Source of the DNA: Candidatus Bathyarchaeia archaeon
Lineage (GTDB): Archaea; Thermoproteota; Bathyarchaeia; 40CM-2-53-6
Direction: 5' to 3'
NCBI GenBank assembly: GCA_049517415.1
Contig: JBEKSC010000002.1
Span: 32,001 to 96,000, forward strand
DNA length: 64,000 bases
Position 1 is the first letter of the stretch. Each line of letters starts with the position of its first letter. This document shows, in pieces, positions 28,442 through 38,813 of the stretch. Made by a program: the position numbers and the translations under genes. The notes under the pieces were generated by a model. That model was not told the DNA's origin. It worked only from the letters and a program-made list of their open reading frames with translations, and ran no database searches.

Positions 28442-29206
28442 TCACGCGCCCAAGTATGCTTCGATTACTTTGGGATCGTTGATGACTTGTTGGGGCGGGC
28501 CGGCTGCAAGAAGCTTACCCGAAGCCATCGCGTTCACGTAATCGACGTATTTGAGAGCGATGTCGAGTCTGTGCTCGACAATGAAGAAGGTTATTCCATA
28601 TTGTTCCCTCAGCCGAATAATTCTTGCGAATATTTCATGGGCTAAGGTTGGGTTTACTCCTGACACCGGCTCGTCGAGCAGGTACAGGTTGGCGTCACTC
28701 ATCAGGGCTCTCCCAATTTCCACTAGCTTCATTTGTCCACCGCTCAGGAGCGAAGCCGGGGTGCTCAATTGCTCGGACATCCCAAGCAATTCCAGTATTT
28801 TCGTCGCTTTCTCAATAGCGCCTGTTTCGTGTTTTACCCAAAGCCGTTTGACCATCGACTTCGCGAATGATTCTCCGGGATGATTCTTCTCAGCGACAAG
28901 TAAGTTCTCGAGCACTGTTAGCTTGCCGAACATCGAGGGTATCTGGAAAGTCCTTGCGATGCCCGTTCCGTAGACCTGCTGGGGCGACCATCCAGTTATC
29001 TCTGTTGAGCCATAGTAAATCTGCCCTTCGTCTGGTTTCTGGAAGCCCGTGATAACATTGATCAATGTAGTTTTTCCCGAACCGTTTGGCCCGATGAGAA
29101 TGGTCACTGTCTTCTCGTCTACGTTGAGTGTCACTCCGTCTAAGGCGTGAAGATTACCGAATGACCTCTTTACGTCCTTGACCTGCAACAGGCTGCCCAT
29201 TTCCAA
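28442..29206 (-). CDS. livG: Branched-chain amino acid ABC ATPase (LivG-like)
   Basis: GPNGSGKT, ARTFQ, DEPVSG, VIEAYLG. Confidence 0.9.
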   Translation of the reverse strand: MEMGSLLQVKDVKRSFGNLHALDGVTLNVDEKTVTILIGPNGSGKTTLINVITGFQKPDEGQIYYGSTEITGWSPQQVYGTGIARTFQIPSMFGKLTVLENLLVAEKNHPGESFAKSMVKRLWVKHETGAIEKATKILELLGMSEQLSTPASLLSGGQMKLVEIGRALMSDANLYLLDEPVSGVNPTLAHEIFARIIRLREQYGITFFIVEHRLDIALKYVDYVNAMASGKLLAAGPPQQVINDPKVIEAYLGA

Positions 29207-29207
29207 A

Positions 29208-30236
29208 TCACTTCTTTGCCTGGACGGCTGCAGGTTCCCTCTGCCAGGTTCGGACGATGCCTTCGGGCCTATAGATGAGAATGAGGATCGTTATGAAGCC
29301 GAGTAGGAGATAATTCAGCCAAATTATGTTGAATGGCAGAATCCCAGCAAAGGCATACTTGTAGTAGAGGATTAGCTTGTCCAGAGCGACAAAAATGAAG
29401 GTGCCCACGAAAGCCCCTCTGTTGCTTCCCATTCCACCGATCAAGATCATAAGCCAAGGCAGAAACGTCCAGTCAAATCTCGCATAAGTGGGCGTTACGG
29501 CGCCGCTGTACATAACCCAGAGGCTTCCAGCAATGCCGCACAATGTTGAGCCAATCAATATCGCGACTGTTCTGTATCGAGTGATGTCTTTACCAAGCGA
29601 CCTCGCCACGATCTCGTTGTCCCGAATGGCTCTCAGAGTCCTTCCAAGAGGCGTTTTGATGAGATAACCTGCGTAGGCAAAGATTGCGATTGCTACGACG
29701 AGGAGCACGAAGGTTCCCGCGTAGAACCTGTACTGCCCTGCCCACCCTAGGACGTCTGGTACGCTAACCCCAGGCGGCCCACCTATGAGAGGCGTGTACC
29801 CTATTCCTATGACGTTTAGTATCTCTCCGAAAGCCAGAAGCGTGATCGCCAAATAATCCTCCCGGAGTCTAACGGCAGGCGCTGAGGAAATCAGACCCAT
29901 CGCCGCACCCGCTACGCCTCCAACCATTAGGAACAAAACCAGAAATGCGATGGCTATGAAAGGCTGCGATATTAGAATGGGATTGATAATCGCTAACACT
30001 GAAACATTATTGAGAATGGGATTCAAGTTCGTTCGTACACCTAGAAGACTCAAAGCGAGTCTTGTTGAGAGGCCACCTGTGAAGTAGGCCCCACCTGCGA
30101 CTGCGAAGAGAATGCCGAAATTAGGTATCCCGGTTATGCCCTCTTGCAAGTTGAGGCCTATGTTGATGATTAGATAGACCGCGAACAATGCCAAAAGGTC
30201 TGTTGTGAATAGGATGAGTTGGTCTAGCGCTGACAC
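29208..30236 (-). CDS. livM: Branched-chain amino acid ABC permease (LivM-like)
   Basis: RLREDYLAITLLAFGE, GRTLRAIRDNE, RPEGI. Confidence 0.9.
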   Translation of the reverse strand: MSALDQLILFTTDLLALFAVYLIINIGLNLQEGITGIPNFGILFAVAGGAYFTGGLSTRLALSLLGVRTNLNPILNNVSVLAIINPILISQPFIAIAFLVLFLMVGGVAGAAMGLISSAPAVRLREDYLAITLLAFGEILNVIGIGYTPLIGGPPGVSVPDVLGWAGQYRFYAGTFVLLVVAIAIFAYAGYLIKTPLGRTLRAIRDNEIVARSLGKDITRYRTVAILIGSTLCGIAGSLWVMYSGAVTPTYARFDWTFLPWLMILIGGMGSNRGAFVGTFIFVALDKLILYYKYAFAGILPFNIIWLNYLLLGFITILILIYRPEGIVRTWQREPAAVQAKK

Positions 30237-31144
30237 TACTTACCCCTCCGAACTCGAAGGCCTGCGAGCCCTCGAGGCGCAACTATCAAGGTGACCGAGA
30301 GCACTATGAGTGGGATAATGGGTTCGTAGAATGAAATCCAAGGACCAATCATTGAGGCTAGCACCGACGTGCCGACCACGTCGACCAAACCTAGCAGGAG
30401 GCCTCCCAATACGGCGCCGTATATCTGCTCAAGGCCCCCAACTATACTGGCGCAGAAAATGCTGGCCAGTAGGATTGTTCCGATGTCTGGGTTGATCTCA
30501 GTCCATAGCGGAATTAGGGATCCCGCAATTCCTGCGAGTCCTCCAGCGATGAACCAGGACACGGCTAGCATCAAGCTTACGTTGATGCCAATTGCTTCTG
30601 ATAGAGAGGGGTTCTCCATCGACGCCCTCAACGCTATGCCCAACGTGGTAAAGTTCAGAAGCAGGTACATGGCTGCCGAACAGACGGCTAGTGTTCCGAG
30701 CGCAACAAAAAGTATTCCCGGCTCGCCCAAGAACTTGAAGTCTAATACACTTAACAGAACATCGCGTGACGGAACCCTGTAAGCAGTGTTCAGGTAGTCA
30801 GCGTGTATGTTCGTGACACCAAGCAATATGATATCAAATGCTAGAGTTGCAATCATCAACATGACGGTAGATGAGTTCCTCCTCCTCATCGGTTCCAGAA
30901 CCCCATAGAACAGCAACAAACCCACGAGGCCTACCACAACGAAAGCAACTGGAACGCCAACATACGGGTTCGGACTCAGTACGATAGTTAGCGTGTATGT
31001 GACGTAGGCACCGACCGTCACGAAGGATGCGTGTGCGAAGTTTGCAACCTTCGTCGTCCTGTATAACAGAGTAACTCCCAGCGCCATAAGCGACAGAAGC
31101 GCTGAGTAGGTGAGCCAACTCACAATAGTCGGCAACATTTCCAT
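30236..31144 (-). CDS. livH: Branched-chain amino acid ABC permease (LivH-like)
   Basis: NFAHAS, GIALRASMEN, PRGL. Confidence 0.9.
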   Translation of the reverse strand: MEMLPTIVSWLTYSALLSLMALGVTLLYRTTKVANFAHASFVTVGAYVTYTLTIVLSPNPYVGVPVAFVVVGLVGLLLFYGVLEPMRRRNSSTVMLMIATLAFDIILLGVTNIHADYLNTAYRVPSRDVLLSVLDFKFLGEPGILFVALGTLAVCSAAMYLLLNFTTLGIALRASMENPSLSEAIGINVSLMLAVSWFIAGGLAGIAGSLIPLWTEINPDIGTILLASIFCASIVGGLEQIYGAVLGGLLLGLVDVVGTSVLASMIGPWISFYEPIIPLIVLSVTLIVAPRGLAGLRVRRGK

Positions 31145-31339
31145 AGCTCAGTCAACCCATTCCTAACCCGAGCTTCATGCCTTTTCCTAAGGCCACCTCT
31201 TAGAGGTCACGCATCAACACCTTTCTTGCAATTAAGATCTCTCAGAGTTCATACGTAATTTTCAGTGCGCCCCCAGGAGTTCGCGCCGACATGACGCATG
31301 ATTATCTCGATCAGAGTCACATCCGTAAGGAAAGATTAG

Positions 31340-31358
31340 AAAAAAGGAGAGAGGGGTT
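31340..31358 (-). terminator. Pyrimidine/T-rich terminator after the substrate-binding protein gene
   Basis: CCCCTCTCTCCTTTTTT on minus strand right after the stop. Confidence 0.45.
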
Positions 31359-31364
31359 GTGAGG

Positions 31365-32618
31365 TTAAAGTTGTACCAGCCACGTTACCTGTTGGGTTAG
31401 TGAGGAATAGGTGGCAACCCTTTGCCAATTGCTTTGAACCACGGCCCAGAACTCCATGTCCATGGTCACTCTGTCTCCATCCGAGTTGAGTTCAGTGTTG
31501 CCTGTGGCACCCCAGTATTTTGCTGCTACCGTCGGAATTGCGGCCTTGATCGCGTCACTGTCGTATTTGCCAGCGTTGAGAATTGCGAGGGCCGCTATCC
31601 AAGCTGCGTCGTAGGTGGCCAGCGCGTAGATGTCCGGTTGCTGCCCAATCGCAGCTTGAACTTCGGTGTTCAGGGCCAGATGCTTAGAAGTCAGTGGCGC
31701 CATGAGTTGTACGGATATTAGATTTACCTTTGTCGCTATAGCTCCAGCGTTCTGGATGATTACGGTGTCCTGCGACAACGTATCAGGGCCAAACCACGTT
31801 AGCGTGAGCAGCGGACTATTCCTGGTGTTGGCTTGGGACAGCATTGTAGCAACGTCTTCCCACATGTTGGCAAAGATTGCAACAGGCGTCTTGGCGGCCA
31901 GGAGAGGGGCAACTTGCTGTTCAAGTGTGTTGAGTACGACAGTGAAATCTGTCGTAGTTGGATAAGCGTAGGTTATGTCCGCTACCAAGTTTCCTCCAGC
32001 GGCTGTCCATGCGGCCTTGAACGCGTCATGAATAGACAGGCTGTAAGTATCCTCGGCCGAAACCATGGCAACGTTCATGAACCCTTTACTCTTAAGGGCG
32101 GCCACGAGCGCGGCGCCTTCAGCTTCAGCCGCGGGAACGACACGATATTCATAATCGCCGGGTGGAGCCACGGATTCTCTGGCAGCAGTTGAAGTCCCGT
32201 CGATCACGATTATCTTATTGGTGTCGGCGTACGAGTCGATCGATTTCATAGCCCCGCTGGTCAATCCTCCTATGACGACTTGGCAACCTTGAGCATACAG
32301 GTCTTGTATTCGTTGAAGGGCAACGTCGGGCTTTGTCTCGAAGTCTTCATAGAAGAACTTGAAGGTTGTCGGAATGCCCAAAGAAGTAGTGTAGTTGTTG
32401 ATCTCACTCTCGGCAATCTTGACCGTTGCTTGCGCCCTCACACCGTAGCTCGAAAAGTCCCCAGTTAGACTTAGCAGAACGCCGATTGGAATCACAGATG
32501 GCAATGTGGATGTCATCGGCGGTGGGGTTGGATGTAACGCGTAGCCAAGTCCGCCGCCAATCACAAGCATTACTAGCATCAAAGCAATTACGGGTGGCGT
32601 TAGAAATTTACTAGCCGT
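31365..32618 (-). CDS. ABC substrate-binding protein, LivK/PBP1 family (start uncertain)
   Basis: IPIGVLLSLTGD, YDAAW, GATG...GDR; frame stays open upstream of TTG 32582 to ACG 32618. Confidence 0.88.
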   Translation of the reverse strand, partial: TASKFLTPPVIALMLVMLVIGGGLGYALHPTPPPMTSTLPSVIPIGVLLSLTGDFSSYGVRAQATVKIAESEINNYTTSLGIPTTFKFFYEDFETKPDVALQRIQDLYAQGCQVVIGGLTSGAMKSIDSYADTNKIIVIDGTSTAARESVAPPGDYEYRVVPAAEAEGAALVAALKSKGFMNVAMVSAEDTYSLSIHDAFKAAWTAAGGNLVADITYAYPTTTDFTVVLNTLEQQVAPLLAAKTPVAIFANMWEDVATMLSQANTRNSPLLTLTWFGPDTLSQDTVIIQNAGAIATKVNLISVQLMAPLTSKHLALNTEVQAAIGQQPDIYALATYDAAWIAALAILNAGKYDSDAIKAAIPTVAAKYWGATGNTELNSDGDRVTMDMEFWAVVQSNWQRVATYSSLTQQVTWLVQL

Positions 32619-32799
32619 TTTTCATATCCTCCTCGAAAGGAAAATCGGCGGCGATTCGGCATTTAAGTGTTTGTGAAGTATATCTTCAGAATTTTCATAG
32701 CTAGTAGATTTCAGAAGGAACTTCTCGTCGAATAGCTTGGCTGGAGATACTGATTCCTTCCCAAAAGGTACAGCCTCGTCTCGATTCCGGTACAGTCGA

Positions 32800-33903
32800 T
32801 CATTGGATTATGACCAATGGCTTACCTAAAACGTCCGTCTTCGGCTGAATTCCGAGCCCCGGTTGGTTGCTCGCAGCCATGCGGCCGTTCACGCGTTGGG
32901 GTGCACCGTCAGCGGTCGTCACGGTAACGTAGCTGTTAAAGTCGGTTGTAGTGAAGAGAAACTCCGGGGGCGTACTGTGAGCTAGATGCGCGATTGCCGC
33001 GGTCGTAATGTCGCCTCCCCAACTATCTTCAATAGTCATAGCTATGCCCAGCGAGACGCAGAGATCACGCGCTTGACGCGTCTTCGTAAGGCCACCGAAT
33101 TTGCTAATTTTGAGATTCACCACGTCCATCGCCAAGTCAGCCTTGCCGCGCAATAACATGTCGACGCCATCGATCACTTCATCAAGTATAAACGGATGGT
33201 TCGTGTGGCGGCGAATGGAAAGACATTCTTCATAGGTCAAGCATGGTTGCTCGATGTAGACATCCGCATCTTGAACTAAGCGAATAACTCGCATGGCATC
33301 GTGCATCAACCATCCCGTGTTCGCGTCCGCCACAAGACGGTCACCCGGCTGAAGTTGCGCGGATACGGCGCGGATGCGCTTGATGTCTACGTCTGGGTCG
33401 CCACCAACCTTGAGTTGGAAGCGGCGATAACCTTCTTTGCGATATTGTGCCACTCGACTAGCCATCGTTTCAGGTGACTCTTGGGAAATGGCACGGTAGA
33501 GCCCAAAATCTTCCCCGTAGCGCCCGCCCAGTAAGGTGCAGACTGGTTGGCCCGTGACTTGGCCGAGGATATCCCAGCAGGCGATGTCGATGGCAGACTT
33601 CACGTAGGGATGCCCTTTGAGTGCAGCGTCCATTCGACGATTTAGGCGGGCAAGTTCGAGTGGGTTTTCGCCTAGTAGATGCGGACCCAGTTCGGCCACG
33701 CCAGCGCGGACGCCGGTCGCGTAAGCAGGCAGGTAGTACGGCCCAAGTGGGCACGTCTCACCGTACCCGATGACACCGATATCCGTCTCAACGCCGACAA
33801 TTGTACTATCGAACACCGAGACAGATTTGCCGCCAGACCACTTGTAGCTCCCCTCTTTCAAGGGAAGGTCAACTTTCCAAGCGGATATTTTCTTAATCTT
33901 CAT
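32800..33903 (-). CDS. Enolase-superfamily cis-3-hydroxy-L-proline dehydratase / hydroxyproline betaine 2-epimerase
   Basis: [46 protein letters not shown]. Confidence 0.82.
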   Translation of the reverse strand: MKIKKISAWKVDLPLKEGSYKWSGGKSVSVFDSTIVGVETDIGVIGYGETCPLGPYYLPAYATGVRAGVAELGPHLLGENPLELARLNRRMDAALKGHPYVKSAIDIACWDILGQVTGQPVCTLLGGRYGEDFGLYRAISQESPETMASRVAQYRKEGYRRFQLKVGGDPDVDIKRIRAVSAQLQPGDRLVADANTGWLMHDAMRVIRLVQDADVYIEQPCLTYEECLSIRRHTNHPFILDEVIDGVDMLLRGKADLAMDVVNLKISKFGGLTKTRQARDLCVSLGIAMTIEDSWGGDITTAAIAHLAHSTPPEFLFTTTDFNSYVTVTTADGAPQRVNGRMAASNQPGLGIQPKTDVLGKPLVIIQ

Positions 33904-34051
33904 ACCGCGACCTCATGAGCTCGCACATTAAACCCTAGTTCTTCCGGTTGCATTCTGGCAGGGTCAATTAGGTCAACGTCCTAAGGGTGATTTGACGGCT
34001 GATAGAATACGGAAAGCCATTAATGGAGATTGGCGTGCGGCGAGCATCAAG

Positions 34052-34495
34052 TCACCATTTCTTGATTTCTTCAGGTTCGAGTAGAATGTTCTTCTGAGAT
34101 TCGATTTTCTTCAACTGGTCGTATGCTCTCTCGAACAATTCCTCATTCAGGTTTCCAACAGTAAACCGCATAGCGTTTTCCAAGAATTTCTGGATTTCAA
34201 ATGGGCTCTTCAATTCATGTGTCATCCCTACCTCTATGTCCCCTGCCTTCACAACTCCAACGGTAACATTCCTGGCTTGAAATTTCACTCCTAGCCTTTT
34301 CCTTCTTCCCCAAATCGCCCATGCCACAACCGAATCATTATGCGTTCTTGCGTACGAAGCTAGAAGCCTCAAACAACTCAAGTAATCTTCTTGGATGGAT
34401 ACTCTTTGGGAATCAATGTTGAATTGAGTATTGTTGTCAGTGGTGTTCTTAGCCATCCAGTATAGTTCCACAGTTCGCTTGTATGCTTCCGACAT
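34052..34495 (-). CDS. Hypothetical protein, visibly AT-richer than neighbours
   Basis: 147-aa ORF, no recognised motif. Confidence 0.5.
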   Translation of the reverse strand: MSEAYKRTVELYWMAKNTTDNNTQFNIDSQRVSIQEDYLSCLRLLASYARTHNDSVVAWAIWGRRKRLGVKFQARNVTVGVVKAGDIEVGMTHELKSPFEIQKFLENAMRFTVGNLNEELFERAYDQLKKIESQKNILLEPEEIKKW

Positions 34496-34658
34496 TGACT
34501 GGGAATTCTCCTCAGGCCTAAGTTAGGTAAGCCACATCCACTCGGCCGCAAGTGACAAAAATAAACAATTCTAAGGACAAGTGCAGGGCTTTGGTTCAGG
34601 TAGTTTGTCCTAGCCAACGATAAAAGGTTCCGAATACTACGAATAGCGTGACCACCCA

Positions 34659-35330
34659 ATGCACCAGGCTAAAGCAATACTTTCTTGGTCTTCCGGTAAG
34701 GACGGCGCAATGGCGTTATACCGAATTCTCGCCTCGAAACAGTTCGAAGTAGTCTGCCTGCTGACCACGCTGAGCCAACCATTTCGCCGGGTTTCCATGC
34801 ATGGAGTCAGGGAGGAACTTCTTGACCGGCAGGCGGAATCCCTAGGAATAGCCTTGGAGAAGGTGCTGATCCCCTACCCGTGTCCGAATGAAGTGTACGA
34901 AGAAAAAATGCGAAACATTCTATCTCTGTGGAAGGAGAGAGGCGTCACACATGTCATATTCGGCGACTTGTTCCTTGAAGACATTCGCAGATATCGGGAG
35001 GCGAACCTGTCGCAACTCGACCTGACACCAGTCTTTCCTGTCTGGGGAACGGACACGGCAAGTCTTGCGCGTGAAATGTTGGAGGTTGGTTTCCGAGCGA
35101 TCCTAACTTGCGTTGACCCTCGGAAGCTCGATGAGAAATTTGCTGGCCGCCAATTCAACAATTCCCTACTGGAAGATCTGCCACCGACGGTCGACCCTTG
35201 TGGCGAGAACGGTGAATTCCACACATTCGTTTATGATGGACCAAACTTCCGGGAATCGATCCCCGTAGAAGTCGGTCAATCGGTTTTGCGAGATGGGTTC
35301 CAGTTTGCGGATGTACTGTTGAAGCGCTAA
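34659..35330 (+). CDS. Diphthine-ammonia ligase-like PP-loop ATPase (DUF71 family)
   Basis: SWSSGKD, FGDLFLED, DPCGENGEFHT. Confidence 0.88.
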   Translation: MHQAKAILSWSSGKDGAMALYRILASKQFEVVCLLTTLSQPFRRVSMHGVREELLDRQAESLGIALEKVLIPYPCPNEVYEEKMRNILSLWKERGVTHVIFGDLFLEDIRRYREANLSQLDLTPVFPVWGTDTASLAREMLEVGFRAILTCVDPRKLDEKFAGRQFNNSLLEDLPPTVDPCGENGEFHTFVYDGPNFRESIPVEVGQSVLRDGFQFADVLLKR

Positions 35331-35698
35331 CTTGGTTTTGCACCTAGCCGTCTACGCAAGTAGTAGACAGGAATTAGAATTACGAGGACCAATTGGAGCG
35401 CCGACCCAGCTAGAAATGTCAAGGATGCAAGTGAGAAACCCGCCATCACGAATGATTGGTGCTCTGGTTGGGGAACGGAGACCGCAAGCGTGAGAATTGA
35501 GAGAACGAACGCGAGCGGATACGCTGTCCTACGTCCAGTGGCGGCAAGGGCGGCCACAAGCACGTAGGCTAACCATCCTCCCAATACCGAGATGAAAAGC
35601 CAAGTCGGTACGAGGCCGTATAGTTGGGGAAGGAGAAGAACACCTAGGGCGACTGAGAGATAGATCATTAGGTTGATCGAACTCGTAATGGAGGGCAT
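35327..35698 (-). CDS. Membrane protein (about 4 TM)
   Basis: Hydrophobic ORF with basic C-terminus. Confidence 0.65.
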   Translation of the reverse strand: MPSITSSINLMIYLSVALGVLLLPQLYGLVPTWLFISVLGGWLAYVLVAALAATGRRTAYPLAFVLSILTLAVSVPQPEHQSFVMAGFSLASLTFLAGSALQLVLVILIPVYYLRRRLGAKPS

Positions 35699-35789
35699 GG
35701 CAGACCGCCGTTTCTGCGATGAAGTTGGACAGATGATCGTTCCATATGAAGTTGAAGAAAGATAGAGGGGAAGGAAGGCGGGAATGCTT

Positions 35790-35912
35790 CTAATGCTTCA
35801 GTTCATCGATTCTCTCAGTTACGCCCTTCAGCTCACTCTCGAGGTTGCTCTTGTATTCCTGAAGCCATTCTAGCTTCTCTTCCTTCGTAAAGAACCTGCG
35901 TTCACCACACAT
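35790..35912 (-). CDS. Small coiled-coil protein (40 aa, DUF5320-like)
   Basis: Hand translation MCGERRFFTKEEKLEWLQEYKSNLESELKGVTERIDELKH; GGAGGTG RBS. Confidence 0.75.
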   Translation of the reverse strand: MCGERRFFTKEEKLEWLQEYKSNLESELKGVTERIDELKH

Positions 35913-36060
35913 TACTTTTGCACCTCCTTGATACTTCAACACTCAAGACTGTGCAAGGCAGATTTAGCGACTAAGCTCAGCCGTTGTCGGTCATACGATG
36001 TCGACCGTTCGGAACGCGCATTTCAACGCGTGCTTGAAATCGATAATCGCCGAGACATGG

Positions 36061-36573
36061 CTATCGTGCGATTATGCGGAATTCATTCAGAACATCTCCG
36101 TGCCCACGCGTGAAATCCTCGCTACTCAATTCCTTGGGGTTTACGAATCTTAGGTCGGAGAACCAGTCTGGCCGCACGACCTTATCCTTCAATGTCCCCT
36201 CGTATACGAAACAAATGTCCCAATGGGCGGCCTCAGGGTCATTCGGATCTTGAGAAAGATGGGACTGCACCTCCCGAAAGGTCAGCTTACCGCGACCAAT
36301 CCCAAGTTGCTGCGTAAGAACTCGCATGGCGGCGTCATCAGGCTTTTCGCCGTACTCCAAATGGGACGCAGGAAGAAGCCACTTGTTAGAGGAGGCGTAT
36401 TTTGGCGCGAACATTTCGCCGACATAGAACCTTTCGACCCACACCTCAGGTTTAGCCATCTTCCCTACAAGGATACCACCCTTTCCCTTCAGAACGAGGA
36501 AGACAGAAATGCATGTACCACCCTTCGGCACATGCCCTTCCATGAACAACGCTTTCTTGATCATTACCAACAA
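36061..36573 (-). CDS. NUDIX-fold protein with degenerate Nudix box
   Basis: WLLPASHLEYGEKPDDAAMRVLTQQLG. Confidence 0.7.
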   Translation of the reverse strand: MLVMIKKALFMEGHVPKGGTCISVFLVLKGKGGILVGKMAKPEVWVERFYVGEMFAPKYASSNKWLLPASHLEYGEKPDDAAMRVLTQQLGIGRGKLTFREVQSHLSQDPNDPEAAHWDICFVYEGTLKDKVVRPDWFSDLRFVNPKELSSEDFTRGHGDVLNEFRIIAR

Positions 36574-36634
36574 CGCCTAATTTACGACCCGCTCACAATA
36601 TAAGAATTGAACGCAAACCTCCAAGACTGGACCC

Positions 36635-38329
36635 TTGACCTCCGCATTCTCGCAAGCCGTGCAAGCAGAACCTCACACCCCAGTTTACACTATGCACAAG
36701 TATTTCGCGCGAAGGCCTTGGAACGTCTTCAACGAGCTCATCTCGCACTATTCCACGACGGGCGAAATTGTTCTGGACCCATTTTGTGGCGGCGGAGTCA
36801 CGGTCGTTGAGTCACTCAAACTAGGCAGGAAAGCGGTCGGGGTTGACGCTAACCCGCTGGCCACTTACGTAACGGAAATGGAATGTAAACCCCTAAACGT
36901 GCCTTTTTTCCGTCAAGCGCTCCTCGAGCTGAGTCAAAAGGTCGAATTGAAAATATCACAGCTTTATCGAACCAGATGTGCTAGATGCGGGTCTGAAGCG
37001 GTTGCCGATTGGATTGAATGGGATGAAGCAACACGCCGAATGCTTCGGTTAAAATACAATTGCCAGAAATGCGGAACAAGCGGCAAGAGGACACCTAAAT
37101 CGTATGACCTCAAGCTTGCGAAACAAATCAGCGAAAACTTTACTCAAAACGTTGGACAGAAGAAACTGTGGTACCCTAAGACTCGAATTCCTAGCGGTGA
37201 CAAAACTAACTCTCTCCTGAGCAAGAAGATCAATTTCTTCCACGAGCTCTTCACGAAAAGAAATCTGCTTGGGCTCTCCATTCTTCTAGCTGAGATTAAT
37301 CAGGTGGAGGACAGGGAGTGCAGGGATTTTCTGAGGTTTGCGTTCAGTAGTTCATTGAAGTGGGCAAGCAAACAATCCCACCTTAGAGGTGAAATAGTTG
37401 AGGGTTGGGCCATGCACGCTTACTGGGTATATCCGAAAAGCCTCGAAATCAACGTCTGGAACACTTTCCGAAGACGAGCACAAGCCATCTTTCGTGGGAA
37501 GAAGTATAGCAATGAACAAATAGGAAAATCATTCACACCTGCAAGAAACTTCAACGAATTGGTCACCGGAAACGCTTCATGCCTCATCCTCAACCAGAAT
37601 TCCACCAAACTTCCATTCCCTGAGAACTCTATCGATACTGTCATTACAGACCCACCCTACGGCGGTAACGTGAACTATGCTGAACTCTCGGATTACTGGC
37701 ACATCTGGCTGAGCGAAGGAAAAATCATTGACAAGAGCAGCGAGGTAATAATCAACAAAACTCAGGAGAAGGGAGTTGAAGAGTATGAATCACTTCTTTC
37801 CGCCGTGTTGAAAGAGTGCTACAGGGTTCTCAAACCAGGCCGTTGCCTCGTATCCACTTTCAACAGTAGAGACATACGAGTTGTTGCAAGCTTCATAACC
37901 GGGGCCGCGAAGGCTGGTTTCACGCTTCACGCTGACGGGCTACTTTACCAGGAGCCCATCCGATCTTACACGACAACTTTTCACGCCATGCAAATCGGCG
38001 CCTTCGTCGGAGATTTCATTTTCACCTTCGTCAAAGAAAGTACCGGTCACGTTGCTGATCCAGGGCAGAGTTTTCTTGATTTGAAAGAAACTTTGGCCGC
38101 ATCGGTTGAAGGTGCGGTGGCTGGTGAAATAACTGAGCCGCAGCTAAGGGAACAAGCATACAGGTCGCTGATCCCATTTCTTGCTGCCAACGCCCGCGAT
38201 GATCCCGAGACGTGTAATGAAGCTATTGATTTCTTTGAGGCCAAAATGAAAGAACGTGAGAAATACTTTGGCCAACTCAGAAGGAGAATCGTTGCGAACA
38301 GAAAACAAAAGTTCAGTCGGCGAGAATAG
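36635..38329 (+). CDS. Amino-DNA methyltransferase (N6A/N4C) with inserted zinc ribbon
   Basis: MHKYFARRP, LDPFCGGG, CARCG...CQKCG, ITDPPY, CYRVLKPG. Confidence 0.88.
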   Translation: MTSAFSQAVQAEPHTPVYTMHKYFARRPWNVFNELISHYSTTGEIVLDPFCGGGVTVVESLKLGRKAVGVDANPLATYVTEMECKPLNVPFFRQALLELSQKVELKISQLYRTRCARCGSEAVADWIEWDEATRRMLRLKYNCQKCGTSGKRTPKSYDLKLAKQISENFTQNVGQKKLWYPKTRIPSGDKTNSLLSKKINFFHELFTKRNLLGLSILLAEINQVEDRECRDFLRFAFSSSLKWASKQSHLRGEIVEGWAMHAYWVYPKSLEINVWNTFRRRAQAIFRGKKYSNEQIGKSFTPARNFNELVTGNASCLILNQNSTKLPFPENSIDTVITDPPYGGNVNYAELSDYWHIWLSEGKIIDKSSEVIINKTQEKGVEEYESLLSAVLKECYRVLKPGRCLVSTFNSRDIRVVASFITGAAKAGFTLHADGLLYQEPIRSYTTTFHAMQIGAFVGDFIFTFVKESTGHVADPGQSFLDLKETLAASVEGAVAGEITEPQLREQAYRSLIPFLAANARDDPETCNEAIDFFEAKMKEREKYFGQLRRRIVANRKQKFSRRE

Positions 38330-38339
38330 CTAAACATTG

Positions 38340-38813
38340 TTACGTGGGCGTTGCCATTGACTCGCCATTTTCCTGCCGCTCGGAATCTCCCCGTCCATAA
38401 TCCCAAGATAGCACGCGGTCGGGCTTCAACATCATAACTACACGGTCAGGCTGCTTAACGGCTTCAGCTAACCATTCTCTTGCATCCTCTTCTCCGTAAC
38501 GGAAGGAAATTTTCTTCAACCAGTCGTCGCGATTCTCCTTAACGATCTGAGCGTTGCCGAACGCGCATACAGCTACGTAGGGATGCGTGTCCGTTGCGAT
38601 ACTCAAAGCAACGGCGGGGTTACGCTTGATTTGTTGTCCCTTCAAGCGGCTGAGGCGTGTTGTGAAGTAGAATATTCCATTCTGATAGGCGTACCAGATA
38701 GGATTCACACGTGGCTTTCCTCTCTTTGAGGCAGTCGCTAGATGTGCCATTCGCGGTGCTTGCAAGAACCTTTCGACTTCAGCCTTGGATAATGGAAACT
38801 TTCTTCCCTCGAT
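38340..38813 (-). CDS. Pyridoxamine 5'-phosphate oxidase-like (PPOX/F420) protein; start uncertain
   Basis: LSKAEVERFL...AHLAT...GKPRVNPIWY...RNPAVALSI...SWDY. Confidence 0.82.
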   Translation of the reverse strand: MEGRKFPLSKAEVERFLQAPRMAHLATASKRGKPRVNPIWYAYQNGIFYFTTRLSRLKGQQIKRNPAVALSIATDTHPYVAVCAFGNAQIVKENRDDWLKKISFRYGEEDAREWLAEAVKQPDRVVMMLKPDRVLSWDYGRGDSERQENGESMATPT

